Source of the DNA: Eledone cirrhosa
Taxonomy: Eukaryota
Assembly: GCA_964016885.1 (NCBI GenBank)
Contig: OZ024754.1
Location: forward strand, 33,108,001 to 33,172,000
Direction: 5' to 3'
Length of the DNA: 64,000 nt
Part shown: piece after piece, positions 28,271-41,029 of the stretch
Position numbering within the stretch: position 1 is the stretch's first letter
Layout of the letters: each line of letters begins with the position of its first letter
Position numbers and translations under genes: made by a program
The notes under the pieces: generated by a model
Database searches by the model: none
Told to the model about the DNA's origin: nothing
The model's input: only the letters and a program-made list of their open reading frames with translations

Positions 28271-30432
28271 AACAGTAGAGACTGTTAAAACAGTAGAGAC
28301 TGTTAAAACAACTGTTAAAATACTAGAGACTGTTAAAATAGCTGTTAAAACAGTAGAGACTGTTAAAACAACTGTTAAAATACTAGAGACTGTTAAAACA
28401 GTAGAGACTGTTAAAATAGTAGAGACTGTTAAAACAACTGTTAAAATACTAGAGACTGTTAAAACAGCTGTTAAAATACTAGGGACTGTTAAAACAGCTG
28501 TTAAAACAGTAGAGACTGTTAAAACAACTGTTAAAATACTAGAGACTGTTAAAACAGTAGAGACTGTTAAAATAGTAGAGACTGTTAAAACAACTGTTAA
28601 AATACTAGAGACTGTTAAAACAGCTGTTAAAATACTAGGGACTGTTAAAACAGCTGTTAAAACAGTAGAGACTGTTAAAACAACTGTTAAAATACTAGAG
28701 ACTGTTAAAACAACTGTTAAAATACTAGGGACTGTTAAAACAGCTGTTAAAATACTAGGGACTGTTAAAACAGCTGTTAAAACAGTAGAGACTGTTAAAA
28801 CAACTGTTAAAATACTAGAGACTGTTAAAACAACTGTTAAAATACTAGGGACTGTTAAAACAACTGTTAAAATACTAGGGACTGTTAAAACAGCTGTTAA
28901 AACAGCTGTTAAAACAGTAGAGACTGTTAAAACAACTGTTAAAATACTAGGGACTGTTAAAACAGCTGTTAAAATACTAGGGACTGTTAAAACAGCTGTT
29001 AAAATACTAGGGACTGTTAAAACAGCTGTTAAAACAGTAGAGACTGTTAAAACAACTGTTAAAATACTAGGGACTGTTAAAACAGCTGTTAAAACAGTAG
29101 AGACTGTTAAAACAACTGTTAAAATACTAGGGACTGTTAAAACAACTGTTAAAACAGTAGAGACTGTTAAAACAACTGTTAAAATACTAGGGACTGTTAA
29201 AACAGCTGTTAAAATACTAGGGACTGTTAAAACAGCTGTTAAAACAGTAGAGACTGTTAAAACAACTGTTAAAATACTAGGGACTGTTAAAACAGCTGTT
29301 AAAATACTAGGGACTGTTAAAACAGCTGTTAAAACAGTAGAGACTGTTAAAACAACTGTTAAAATACTAGGGACTGTTAAAACAGCTGTTAAAACAGTAG
29401 AGACTGTTAAAACAACTGTTAAAATACTAGGGACTGTTAAAACAACTGTTAAAATACTGGGGACTGTTAAAACAGCTGTTAAAACAGTAGAGACTGTTAA
29501 AACAGTAGAGACTGTTAAAACAACTGTTAAAATACTAGGGACTGTTAAAACAGCTGTTAAAACAGTAGAGACTGTTAAAACAACTGTTAAAATACTAGAG
29601 ACTGTTAAAACAACGGTTAAAATACTAGGGACTGTTAAAACAACTGTTAAAATACTAGGGACTGTTAAAACAGCTGTTAAAATACTAGGGACTGTTAAAA
29701 CAGCTGTTAAAATACTAGGGACTGTTAAAACAGCTGTTAAAACAGTAGAGACTGTTAAAACAACTGTTAAAATACTAGAGACTGTTAAAACAACTGTTAA
29801 AATACTAGGGACTGTTAAAACAGCTGTTAAAATACTAGGGACTGTTAAAACAGCTGTTAAAACAGTAGAGACTGTTAAAACAACTGTTAAAATACTAGAG
29901 ACTGTTAAAACAACTGTTAAAATACTAGAGACTGTTAAAACAGCTGTTAAAACAGTAGAGACTGTTAAAACAACTGTTAAAATGCTAGAGACTGTTAAAA
30001 CAGCTGTTAAAATACTAGAGACTGTTAAAACAGCTGTTAAAACAGTAGAGACTGTTAAAACAACTGTTAAAATACTAGAGACTGTTAAAACAACTGTTAA
30101 AATACTAGAGACTGTTAAAACAGCTGTTAAAACAGTAGAGACTGTTAAAACAACTGTTAAAATACTAGAGACTGTTAAAACAGCTGTTAAAACAGTAGAG
30201 ACTGTTAAAACAACTGTTAAAATACTAGAGACTGTTAAAACAGCTGTTAAAACAGTAGAGACTGTTAAAACAACTATTAAAATACTAGAGACTGTTAAAA
30301 CAACTGTTAAAATACTAGAGACTGTTAAAACAACTGTTAAAACAGTGGAGACTGTTAAAACAACTATTAAAATACTAGAGACTGTTAAAACAACTGTTAA
30401 AACAGTGGAGACTGTTGAAACAATTGTTAAAC
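28271..30432. repeat. Minisatellite built from 12-bp (actgttaaaaca) and 18-bp (ctgttaaaatactag[a/g]ga) modules, main period 30 bp
   Basis: Highly homogeneous array of ~2.16 kb. Confidence 0.97.
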
Positions 30433-30639
30433 CAACAACTACGTTATTCCTAGCTTTGGTTGACTTCGACAAACAGCAGTAACAGCAAAAACAGTGATTG
30501 TAATGGCCCAATGAGCAAACCTCTATCTGCCTACCCAACTTGCTAGAAATAGCATCCAAATCTCCTGGGATTGTAACTATTTGGTCATAGTGATGATATG
30601 CAGTAATTATTTGTAATAATTATTTCGGTTATTGGACGC

Positions 30640-30920
30640 CGAGTGTTCCAGTTGTTCGACCAAAGGAACTGTCAGCTCGAGAAATAAATGTGAATGTGAT
30701 TGAGTATTCCTTAAACACGTGGACCCTAAAGATAGTTGCTTGGGAGAGTCAGCATGAGACATCGTGTGACAAAGTTAAACCTTTCATTGCCAGTTAAAAT
30801 TAATATTTTTCAGCTGAAGCAACGGAGAATATGATGTCTTACTCAAAGACACAACGCTCTGCCGGAGTTCGAACTCATGATCTTGAGCCAAGCAGCCTAA
30901 CCACAAAGTCACACGCCTTG
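30640..30920 (-). mobile_element. Degenerate CORE-type SINE
   Basis: Reverse complement of aaggcgtgtgactttgtggttagg...gagttcgaactcc...gttgtgtctttgagtaagaca; left boundary approximate. Confidence 0.55.
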
Positions 30921-31549
30921 AATAACTACTTCTTGGCTTCTACTGAAACTACAATTGTTGTAATAACACTGTGACACTCTTTAACCACTATTGTTTTATT
31001 TTTACATCACTTTACAACTCTTATGACATGCGTTAATTATTCGAATGACACGTAACTTAGAAGGGGAGAAGTATAGCAGCCAACACCGAGATCTTACGAT
31101 AAAGATGTCAGCCATTAGATTATTGTAGTACAGAGTAGCTGTAAAGATGACAGAAGACAGAGGAGTGTCTGATTGATATAGCGAATGATAGTGTGTAGCA
31201 GAAGAGATTTAATGAATTGACATCGAACTGTCTGAGGAATGGTTAGCAGAAGATTTCCAAATGAAGCAACACACGCAATTATCTGATCTATGTGAAATGC
31301 TTGGAGAACAATACATAAAAACGCCTAAGACATTAAAAGCATGACTGTTAACTACAAGTCGTGGCGTTGCTTTGAATTTAAAAAAAGTTAAAATGTATAC
31401 TGAAAGAGTGTATTCCGATTTCCAATGTTTTAATTATTTAATGCTAATTGATGGTAGTTTTCTAGTTCAAATGAAATAACAAGAGTTGATAAACATAATA
31501 TTAATTCATTTTTAGTTCTGTCGTATTAGAGCAGGAATGTTTGTTGGGA

Positions 31550-31740
31550 TGGTGAATTGGCAGTATCGGTAGAGGGACGGACGCCATGCTTTGCAGCATA
31601 GAGTTACGGTCCTTTACGGTCTGAGTTCAAATCCAGCCGAGGTTAACTTCGCCTTTCATCATTACGGGGTCGATAAAATAAAGCACCAGTAATACACTGG
31701 GGTAATTGCTGGCCTTGTACTAAAAATAGAAACAATTATT
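31550..31740 (+). mobile_element. tRNA-derived SINE
   Basis: A box, B box, core, tail. Confidence 0.9.
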
Positions 31741-33052
31741 TCTCCGAAAAAGAAGAAGAGAGAGGTAGAGATAGAGAGAGACAGACAGGTAAAGTGAGTG
31801 ACAAAGAAGATGATAAGTGTCATGGCGTCCGATTCTCAATGACAGTCATATCACAAGGGCGACAACTCACAAGTCTCTCAGCTTTTATAGAGTATTGTTA
31901 AGAAATGGAATTTTTTCGTGAAAAAGGAATCACATGATATGAAATGTTTTAGAACTCTCCCGAACATGATCTTCGGGCGATAACAAATAGTTTTGTTGTG
32001 TGTACAGATCCACAGAACGTTTGTGATTGATTGATAAATAAAGAAACAATAATTCGGAAATTATTGGCCAGACAACTCTATCTCTAACTCTATAAAACGT
32101 ATAGATACCCCCCCCCCCACACACATACACCCCCACACACATACACACACCCCCATACATTCACACACACATACACACACACACACACATACACACACAC
32201 ACACACATACACACACAGACACACATACACACACTCATACACACACACACACACACACATAACCCCCCACACATATACACACACACACACACACACATAC
32301 ACACACACACACATACACACACACACACACACACACATACACACACAGACACACACACACACTCATACACACACACACACACACATAACCCCCCACACAT
32401 ACACACACACACACATACACACACACATACACACACATGCACACACACACACATGCACATACCCCCCCTTCCACACACACACATCCACATATATACACAC
32501 ACACACACATATACACACACACCGCATTTCTTATTTGTTATATTGTTACAGTAAGCGGTTCGCTTTAACACACACATACACGCACTCACACACATACAGA
32601 CACACATACACACACATGCACACACACACACATACACATACCCCCCCCCTTTCCACACACACACATCCACATATATACACACACACACATATACACACAC
32701 ACCGCATTTCTTATTTGTTATATTGTTACAGTAAGCGGTCCGCTTTATCACCACAATGGTCACGGTTCTAATCCTATTAGGTCGTAAAGTATGAAATTTG
32801 TAAATATTTGTTTTCTTTCTAGAAATTTCTAGAAATTTCATACTTAACGACCCAATACATTTGTCCCTGTAAATAGTTATTTCTTCAACCTTACTCATAC
32901 ATTTAATGTTGCAAGTCATTTGTAGATTATATGCTGGTCATTTATGTATTATCTTAGAAAGACATTATTAAAGTACCACTTATCATTAATCACTTCCACG
33001 TGTCAGTAATCGATATAAACTATTGGGTTTCGCATACGCAAAGCAGTAATTA

Positions 33053-33232
33053 TTGGCAGTATCGGTAGAGGGTCGGGCGCCATACTTTGACGAATTGAGT
33101 TACGGCCCTTGCCATTCTGAGTTCAAATCCCGCCGAGGTTAACTTTGCCTTTCATCCTTACATGGTCGATAAAATAAAGTACCAGTAATACATTGGGTAA
33201 TTGCTGGCCTTGTGCCTAAAGTAGAAACAATT
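33053..33232 (+). mobile_element. tRNA-derived SINE
   Basis: A box, B box, core, tail. Confidence 0.9.
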
Positions 33233-33379
33233 AATTTAACAAAGTACAAATTTTCAAGTTCGTATGATTGTTCACATATCTTGCTATATATGGCATCCCC
33301 AAAACCTACATATGTTCAAAGCTATTACTGTCATTATTGTCGGCACTAATCCACTAGTATATATACATATATATATACA

Positions 33380-33429
<50 letters not shown>

Positions 33430-33430
33430 A

Positions 33431-33470
<40 letters not shown>

Positions 33471-33554
33471 AGGAGGTGAGTTTTATTGTAGTACAATAAA
33501 GCAATGCAGATATCGGATAAGTAGCACTCTACAGTTTGTAGGACTGGAGTATAA

Positions 33555-33862
33555 ATAATATATAAGATCAAAAGATGGTTAAAAGAGTTCCATGTATTTT
33601 ATTATGCGCATTTCAAAAACAAATATCATCATGCGATGACATTTGCATTTTCGTCAGATAAAATAGGGAGACATGATATGAAGGTTAAAAAACACTTATG
33701 ATATGTTGATTTAAAACTGCACCATTCACAAGTGTTTTTTAACCTTCATATCATGTCTCCCTATTTTATCTGACGAAAACGCAAATGTCATTGCATGATG
33801 ATATTTGTTTTTGAAATGCGCATAATAAAATACATGGAACTCTTTTAACCATCTTTTGATCT

Positions 33863-33872
<10 letters not shown>
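33555..33872 (+). mobile_element. Fold-back Penelope-like remnant with mirror hammerheads (33595-33665 minus, 33762-33832 plus)
   Basis: tattttat-CTGACGA-aaacgcaaatgtcattgcatgatgatatttgttttt-GAAA-tgcgca-TA-ataaaata; arms 33555-33700 / 33727-33872. Confidence 0.88.
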
Positions 33873-33902
<30 letters not shown>

Positions 33903-34001
33903 TTATAAATGTATGTAAAAGGTAAACAGAAATAACAACTCAATCGGTACAGTATATGGAAGGTATATATTAGGTTAACGTTTGATATACCAGGAAGAGG
34001 G

Positions 34002-34037
34002 TCTTGACGTTTCGGACGCTGGTCCTTCATCAGAAGA
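34002..34037 (-). ncRNA. Minimal type I hammerhead ribozyme in a Penelope-like 3' fragment (33905-34135)
   Basis: Minus: tctt-CTGATGA-aggac cagc gtcc-GAAA-cg-TC-aaga (ACGT palindromic stem III, GUC site); homolog at 46921-46956 (+). Confidence 0.88.
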
Positions 34038-34273
34038 AAGAATGAGAAATAAAATAGATTAAGGGGACGGGCGGGATGGAATTGGAAAAAATGTCTTTAG
34101 ATAAAAGTAATAGGTCCATTCATGCTGACATCTCATTTATATATATATATTAAAATGCCCGACGGCAGAGCTCAAGCCGTTTCGACGGCTATAAACCTGC
34201 TCTACCGTTAATCTTACCATTACTGCACTTTCGTCTAACAAAATATTAGCGGTTCCGTTATATACAATAGAAT

Positions 34274-34645
34274 GGCGGTGGATTAGCAGTATCGGGGTCG
34301 ATGAAATATCGAGTATACGGGGTCGATAAAATAAAGTACCAGTCACGCACTGGAGTCGATTTAAAAACGACTTCCCCTCCACCCAAATTACTGGCCTCGT
34401 GCCTATATATATTATATACAATAGAAGAACGGTGGATTGGCAGTATCGGTAGAGGGTCGGACGCCATGCTTTGCAGCATAGAGTTACGGCCCTTTATGAT
34501 CTAAGTTCAAATCAAGTCGAGGTTAACTTTGCCTTTCATCCTTACGGGGTCGATAAAATAAAATACCAGTCACGCACTGGGGTCGATTTAATCGACTTTA
34601 CCTTCCCCCAAAATTGCTGGCCTTGTGTCTATAAAAGAAACCATT
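34274..34645 (+). mobile_element. Two tRNA-derived SINEs (34274-34405 internally deleted; 34430-34645)
   Basis: Both start cggtggatt(a/g)gcagtatcgg; core and tail present. Confidence 0.85.
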
Positions 34646-34657
34646 ACATACAATAGA

Positions 34658-34936
34658 CATGGCCCGTGTGAGTGGGCCTACTCTGGTCATGCGGCTGTAG
34701 GTGGGTAAATTTGAGGAGGAGAGGGGTGCCCTTCTAGGGTGCTCTCGAAGCGCCGGATCGTTCAGGATTGGTGGGGTACCTGAGCGAACCCTGGGTGGGA
34801 ATTTTTCTTGTTGTATTTTTCTTGTTACTTTGTTATTGTTATTCATATTGTTTACTCGATTTTTCTGTAAAACCCCACTGTCCCAGTTTTTTGTATTGTC
34901 CCCTATATGTCGGCCCTTGTGGCCAATAAATGAAAT
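34658..34936 (+). mobile_element. Extreme 3' end of a related Tx1/L1-clade LINE with 16-bp TSD
   Basis: MARVSGPTLVMRL* matches the ORF2 end MARVNGPSLYIRL*; ends ggccaataaatgaaat; TSD cattacatacaataga / cattatatacaataga. Confidence 0.8.
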
Positions 34937-35144
34937 CATTATATACAATAGATAATATTCAAGAATTTCAGACACGTCAGATGGCTTCTTTGAGAGTATA
35001 ATTAAATATTTACCTGTTAATGGAGGAAGAATCGTACATTGCTGGTCCCACATGGTGTAATTTTCACCTGTTTGAGAAGTAATATAGACATGTCTGCAAT
35101 GTTTTTTATGGGATTTCTTTAGAATGGATAGGGGGAAAAAAAAT

Positions 35145-35189
35145 CACCACCACCACCAACAACAGCAACACCATCACCACCACCACTAT

Positions 35190-35224
<35 letters not shown>

Positions 35225-35311
35225 ATACTACTACTACTACGACGACAACGACGACTACCACCCACCACCACTACTATTACTACTACTGCTACTACTACTA
35301 CTACTACCACA

Positions 35312-35343
<32 letters not shown>

Positions 35344-35365
35344 GACAACTACTACTACTACCACA

Positions 35366-35406
<41 letters not shown>

Positions 35407-35487
35407 GACAACTACTACTACTACTACCACCACAACCACCACTACTACTATTACTACTACCACCAGCTCCACCACCGCTACTACTAT

Positions 35488-35525
<38 letters not shown>

Positions 35526-35545
35526 TTACTACTACTACTACTACT
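35145..35545. repeat. (CTA/CCA)n trinucleotide microsatellite
   Basis: Direct reading. Confidence 0.95.
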
Positions 35546-35918
35546 TCTAGTAAATGACTTAATTAATATCATTAAACATCAGCCATAATAAAATGTCTAA
35601 CTTCATTAGATTAATGAAGACCATAAAAGTTGAGACATCTTAAATTCTTCTTCTTATAAAAGAAACAATAATTTTCTCACATAAAAATATCTCTGCTAAG
35701 ATATTATAAAAACCTTAGCATCGTAACTGGTCTTGTATTGCAGCATTTACTTCATCGTAAAATCTGAACAATATAAGAATTATATATATATATATATATA
35801 TATAAAACATGAGAAGAAAGAAGAATACTGCGTGGTTGCACATGGGTTACATATGATAAAATTAGTCCCTCGTCAGTGATTTGCCAACCATCATTGATAT
35901 TTCGTCGCATTATAGTCC

Positions 35919-35970
<52 letters not shown>

Positions 35971-35973
<3 letters not shown>

Positions 35974-36154
35974 CGTATTGAAGTTTGCTTGAAGCATTGT
36001 GGAATAATAAGGTAAATTTCTTTAAGTCGTTTGGAAGCCTCGACAATGCAAATGGGTAAATCTCCGGGTAACAAGATCCACCACCGGATCTTGTTACCCG
36101 GAGATTTACCCATTTGCATTGTCGAGGCTCCCAAACGACTTAAAGAAATTTACC
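35971..36154 (-). mobile_element. Fold-back (TA)n-flanked element (arms 36011-36079 / 36086-36154, tail 35971-36010)
   Basis: Near-perfect 69-bp inverted repeat; a single arm also occurs at 14522-14598. Confidence 0.8.
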
Positions 36155-36190
36155 ATATATATATATATATACATACATATATAACTGGAC

Positions 36191-36232
<42 letters not shown>

Positions 36233-36284
36233 ACCGTCATATAGCAGGTAATAATCAAGTTGTTTGAGGCAATCACAAAGAGAA

Positions 36285-36705
36285 GCTACAGTATTGATAG
36301 AGTATCGGACTCCATGCTTTGCGGTATAGAGTTGAGGCCCTTTACGTTCTGAGTTCAAATCCCACCGAGGTTAGCTTTGCCTTTCATCCTTAAGGGGTCG
36401 ATAAAAGTAAAGTACCAGTAATGCACTGGGATAATTGCTGGCCTTGTGCCAAAAGTAGAAACAATTATCGTCCAGAGTAAAACACATTAGTTATAAAGTG
36501 CGACATCAAGAAAATAAATAATTGTTTTTCTACTTTTGGCACAAGGCCAGCAATTTTTCCCAGTGCATTACTGGTACTTTATTTCATCGACCCCGTAAGG
36601 ATGAAAGGCAAAGTTAACCTCGGCGGGATTTGAACTCAGAACGTAAAGGGCCTCAACTCTATGCTGTACAGCATGGTGCCTGACGCTCTACTGATACTGC
36701 CAATT
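36285..36705. mobile_element. Inverted (tail-to-tail) pair of SINEs: 36285-36468 (+) and 36520-36705 (-)
   Basis: Two consensus copies in opposite orientation ~50 bp apart. Confidence 0.88.
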
Positions 36706-36768
36706 CAAAGTCCTGAAAATAAATAACGGTGGATCGACTGTTAAGTTTTTAAATCTGTCAGCATAAAT

Positions 36769-37068
36769 CAGGGGCGTGCAACAGGCGGCCTGCCAGACCA
36801 GTCAGAGTGGCTCGAGATGACCCTTTTTAATTTTTACCTCGTAGGCTTATTTAGAAATTTTTTCGTAAATGTAATACAATTTTCTGTTAGTTGACCTATA
36901 CTAAAGGGCTTTACTGACAGGGTTATGTGTGTTATAATTTCCCAGTTCCATGTTATGGAAAGAAGTTGTGGTGAATCTTTGGAATAGTGTTTTATAAATA
37001 TTAATGGCCCTAATAGTTGTTCCAATGTTCAAAAATGGCCCACCAATAGAATATGTTGCACACCCCTG
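36769..37068. mobile_element. Non-autonomous hAT DNA transposon (MITE), 300 bp
   Basis: TIRs CAGGGGCGTGCAACA / TGTTGCACACCCCTG; perfect 8-bp TSD GCATAAAT (36761-36768, 37069-37076). Confidence 0.9.
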
Positions 37069-37909
37069 GCATAAATGATTTGTAATATTGGTGTAACTTA
37101 GAACTTTTCCATATTTCTTATAGCAAGCCAGAGGTTCTATTTTCCTTTATTGGATGAGGGATGCGAGGAATTGGCAATACTGTTAGGGCGTCAAATTAAT
37201 TACCTCGGTACTCGTTGCCGCTTTCTGCATTCTGAGTTCAAATCTCACCACAGTCAGCTTTATATTTCATCCCTTTGGGGTCGGTAAATAATTTTTTTGA
37301 ACGTATATCTGTCTTTTTTATTATTAGTATTTTTTTTCTTCTGATTATTTATTCCATTTATATATACATATAAACACAGTTTACACTATATATGTCATGA
37401 ATAAGAAATATTTAAAAGAAACAAATAATTAGAAATCACCAAAGAAAAAGAAAGTAGCATTGCAAAAGAATATAAATGAAAAGAAAAGGGGGAGGGAAGG
37501 GCAAGGATTATTAAGCAACGAAAGAAAGAGGGTAGGAGAGAGGGTGACAGACTCTACACCTGAGACGGAGTGGTGTTTCGAATGCGCTCCGCGGAAAATG
37601 GCCAGCAACACCTGCTGCAATAGCCATCCCACCACGCGGGTCCCCTTCCTCAGTCTGGCTTCTGTCATTCCGTTTATACGGAGGAGGTCCGAGGACACCT
37701 GAGGCAATTACTTGGATCCCTGTTTCCCCTATCTTTCTTTATCACTTGTTTTTACTCTTTTTATTTTTCTCTGAAAAAAAAAAAAAACAATTCTGCTACA
37801 TTCAGACCTGGAGAAGAATGGGCTCCATCAGTTGTAAAATGCCCAGGTTTAAAAGGCTGTGAATCAGGGCGGCATCCCGACGCAATATTGGATATGAACA
37901 ATAGTAATG

Positions 37910-38240
37910 TTCATAGAACGCCGGATAGAATACTTTATGGTATTCTTCCCAGTTCTCTGCTCTCTCAGTTCAAATCTCGCCGAGGTCAACTTTGCCATTC
38001 ATCTTTTCGAGGTCGATAAAAGAAGTACCAGTCTAGTACTGGGGTCGATTCTTCCTCTCTCTCTCTCTGGAAGAAATCTGCTGTACCCAGGCCTGGTGAA
38101 GGATGGGCTCCACCAACCTTAAAAGGCCCAAGAAACGCCGTATAAGGCGCCCCTACGACCCTATCAGGGTTTACGGGAACCTACCATACCAATGTTAACG
38201 TCCAGCAATGTCAGGTTTAACTTGCCCTTCTCTAAGACAG
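37910..38240 (+). mobile_element. Divergent SINE plus the extension shared with 18318-18800
   Basis: agttcaaatctcgccgaggtcaactttgcc...gaggtcgataaa...agtaccag. Confidence 0.65.
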
Positions 38241-39282
38241 CTCATAATCATTACTGGTCGTTAAGAGTTCGTTTGTGTAAATGCCTACTTTTTGAATTAA
38301 TATATATTTGTGTGTAAATCTGTGATCGTGAATCTTCCTAGCATTTGTGTTCCATGAATAAAATAAAAGTCGTCCTGTATTAGCTAACACAAAGCTCATC
38401 TGTTTTAAAGTGAACTATTTTCACCGCCATTGCACATCGAACATCTAAGTATGTATTGGCAAACTCTTCCTTCCACTCTTACAGATGCTTCTTTTCTTTT
38501 CCTTCCCCCTCTTACTGATGCTTCTCTTTCTTATCTTCATCCTCCTCCTCTACATCCATCGTTTTATCCATTACCATCTCTTCATCAACAATATTCTAAA
38601 TGTCTTTTTTTGTGGGGGGGGGGGGGTTGTATTTTGTGGCAGAAATTATTTTAATTTACTTTTAATCCGATACCGTCAATAAAACCTACCAAACAAATGA
38701 AACAAACAAACAAACAAACAAACAAACAAGCCTATAAAAAAAAAAGAAAAAAAAAAGCAATGCTTAAAAAAACACAAATACGGAAATAAATAAATAAATA
38801 AAAATAAAAATAAAAATATAAATAAAATAAAAATATAAATAAAAATAGAAATCCAAACTTTAACATCTCAAAAGTATCAAGATTTGAAATAAATAAATAA
38901 ATTAGTAAATAAATAAATAAATCGATAAATAGATAAATAAATTAATAAATAAATAAATGAATAAATAAATAAATGAATGAATAGATAAATAAATAAATGA
39001 ATAAATAAATAAATAAATGAATAAATAAATAAATAAATGAATAAATAAATAAATAAATAAACATTTGGCAAAAAAAAAAAAAAAAAAAAGAAAAAGACTT
39101 TCATTGGTAACCATGGTATTCGATCGAAGTTGCTTTGCGCCATTCCTGTTAACAAATGGACTTTAAAGTCGCTTTTGTGTTTGCTGAAAAATATGGCATT
39201 GATTAAAGTTATATATGATGCTTTGAGCTGCAATATGATACGTGCTAGTCACAACAAACAAAAGACCTATCTCTCTCTCTCC

Positions 39283-39320
<38 letters not shown>

Positions 39321-39510
39321 ATCTGTCTGTCTCTCTGTCTGTTTATCTGTCTGTCTGTCTCTCGGTCTGTCTGTCTATCTATTGGTCTCTCTGTCTCTCC
39401 CGCTCTCTTCCCCGACCTTCTCTTCTTTCTTTCTCTCTCTCTCTCTCAATCCCCCCTCTTTCTATCTTTCTCTCTTTCTCTCTCTCACCCCCCTCTCTCT
39501 ATATATATAC

Positions 39511-39562
<52 letters not shown>

Positions 39563-39720
39563 ATATATGTATATATATATATATGTATATATATATATGT
39601 ATATATATATGTGTATATATATATATATATATACATATATACATATATATATATATATCCATATATATATTCACACATATATATATATATATGTATACAT
39701 ATATATATATATCCATATAT

Positions 39721-39805
<85 letters not shown>

Positions 39806-40117
39806 TATATAAAGCAAAATGAATACGATGATAGAAGCGGAGCGGAGAGGAGAAGGAAGAGGAGGAGGGGGAGATGATGAAATCAAGAAATGAATAAATA
39901 AAAGAGTGGTCATGCTCTGTTGACAGCGTCCCCTGCCTGACGTCAGGGACCGGCAGCAACGATAACACTTTCAACAGACTGCGAATCTGCAATGGCCGAT
40001 GATTGATGGACGTTCGATGGAAGATCGAGTCCCGGTTCGACTGCGACAGCATGCCACACGCACGCGTGCGCACACATACGGACACATTTATAATACGCAT
40101 CAAATACATACAAACAA

Positions 40118-40177
<60 letters not shown>

Positions 40178-40237
40178 ATGTATATACATACATGTGTGTG
40201 TTTGTGTGCATATATATATATTTATATATATACATAC

Positions 40238-40326
<89 letters not shown>

Positions 40327-40327
40327 C

Positions 40328-40468
<141 letters not shown>

Positions 40469-40469
40469 C

Positions 40470-40510
<41 letters not shown>

Positions 40511-41029
40511 CAAATATATACAAATACACATACATATGTGCGTTTGTGTGTTTGTGTGTGTGTGTGTGCGCGTGTATAGCTCTGTGTGTACGTGTGTGGC
40601 TGTTTGTCTGTGTTTACATGTTTCTGTTTTTTTTTTTGTTTTTTTTTTTTGTTGCTTTTTGTTTTTTTTATTTTGACTGTGTAAATTGGAAGAGAATCAC
40701 GTTCGTTATATAGATTAATTTGTCTGTGCTGTTTTAATGAAAACCTCTGGTCGCCAGTCTGAACAAATAGACAAACCAAGTAGCATCTGTTCTGAGTGTG
40801 GCTGTGTTGATAGCGCAACCCTGTACCCCGGGGACATCTATGCGATCTGATAGCAATTACATGTTGGGCTAAAGACTCGCCTTTCCATATGTTTATAGAT
40901 GTGTATTCATCTGTGCAGCTTCGCTACTACCGATGATGCGCATATATTTGAGTGAAGGGGGAGATTTAGTGTGAATATAATAAGCTACCACTAAAAACTG
41001 AGACGGTGGAACTCTGAAGTTTCTCTCTC

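Noticed and set aside
27318-30432. CRISPR-like array
   Set aside because: Tandem repeats without unique spacers, no cas genes, eukaryotic context
31040-31350. Possible decayed hAT transposase fragment
   Set aside because: Multiple stops and only a vague motif resemblance
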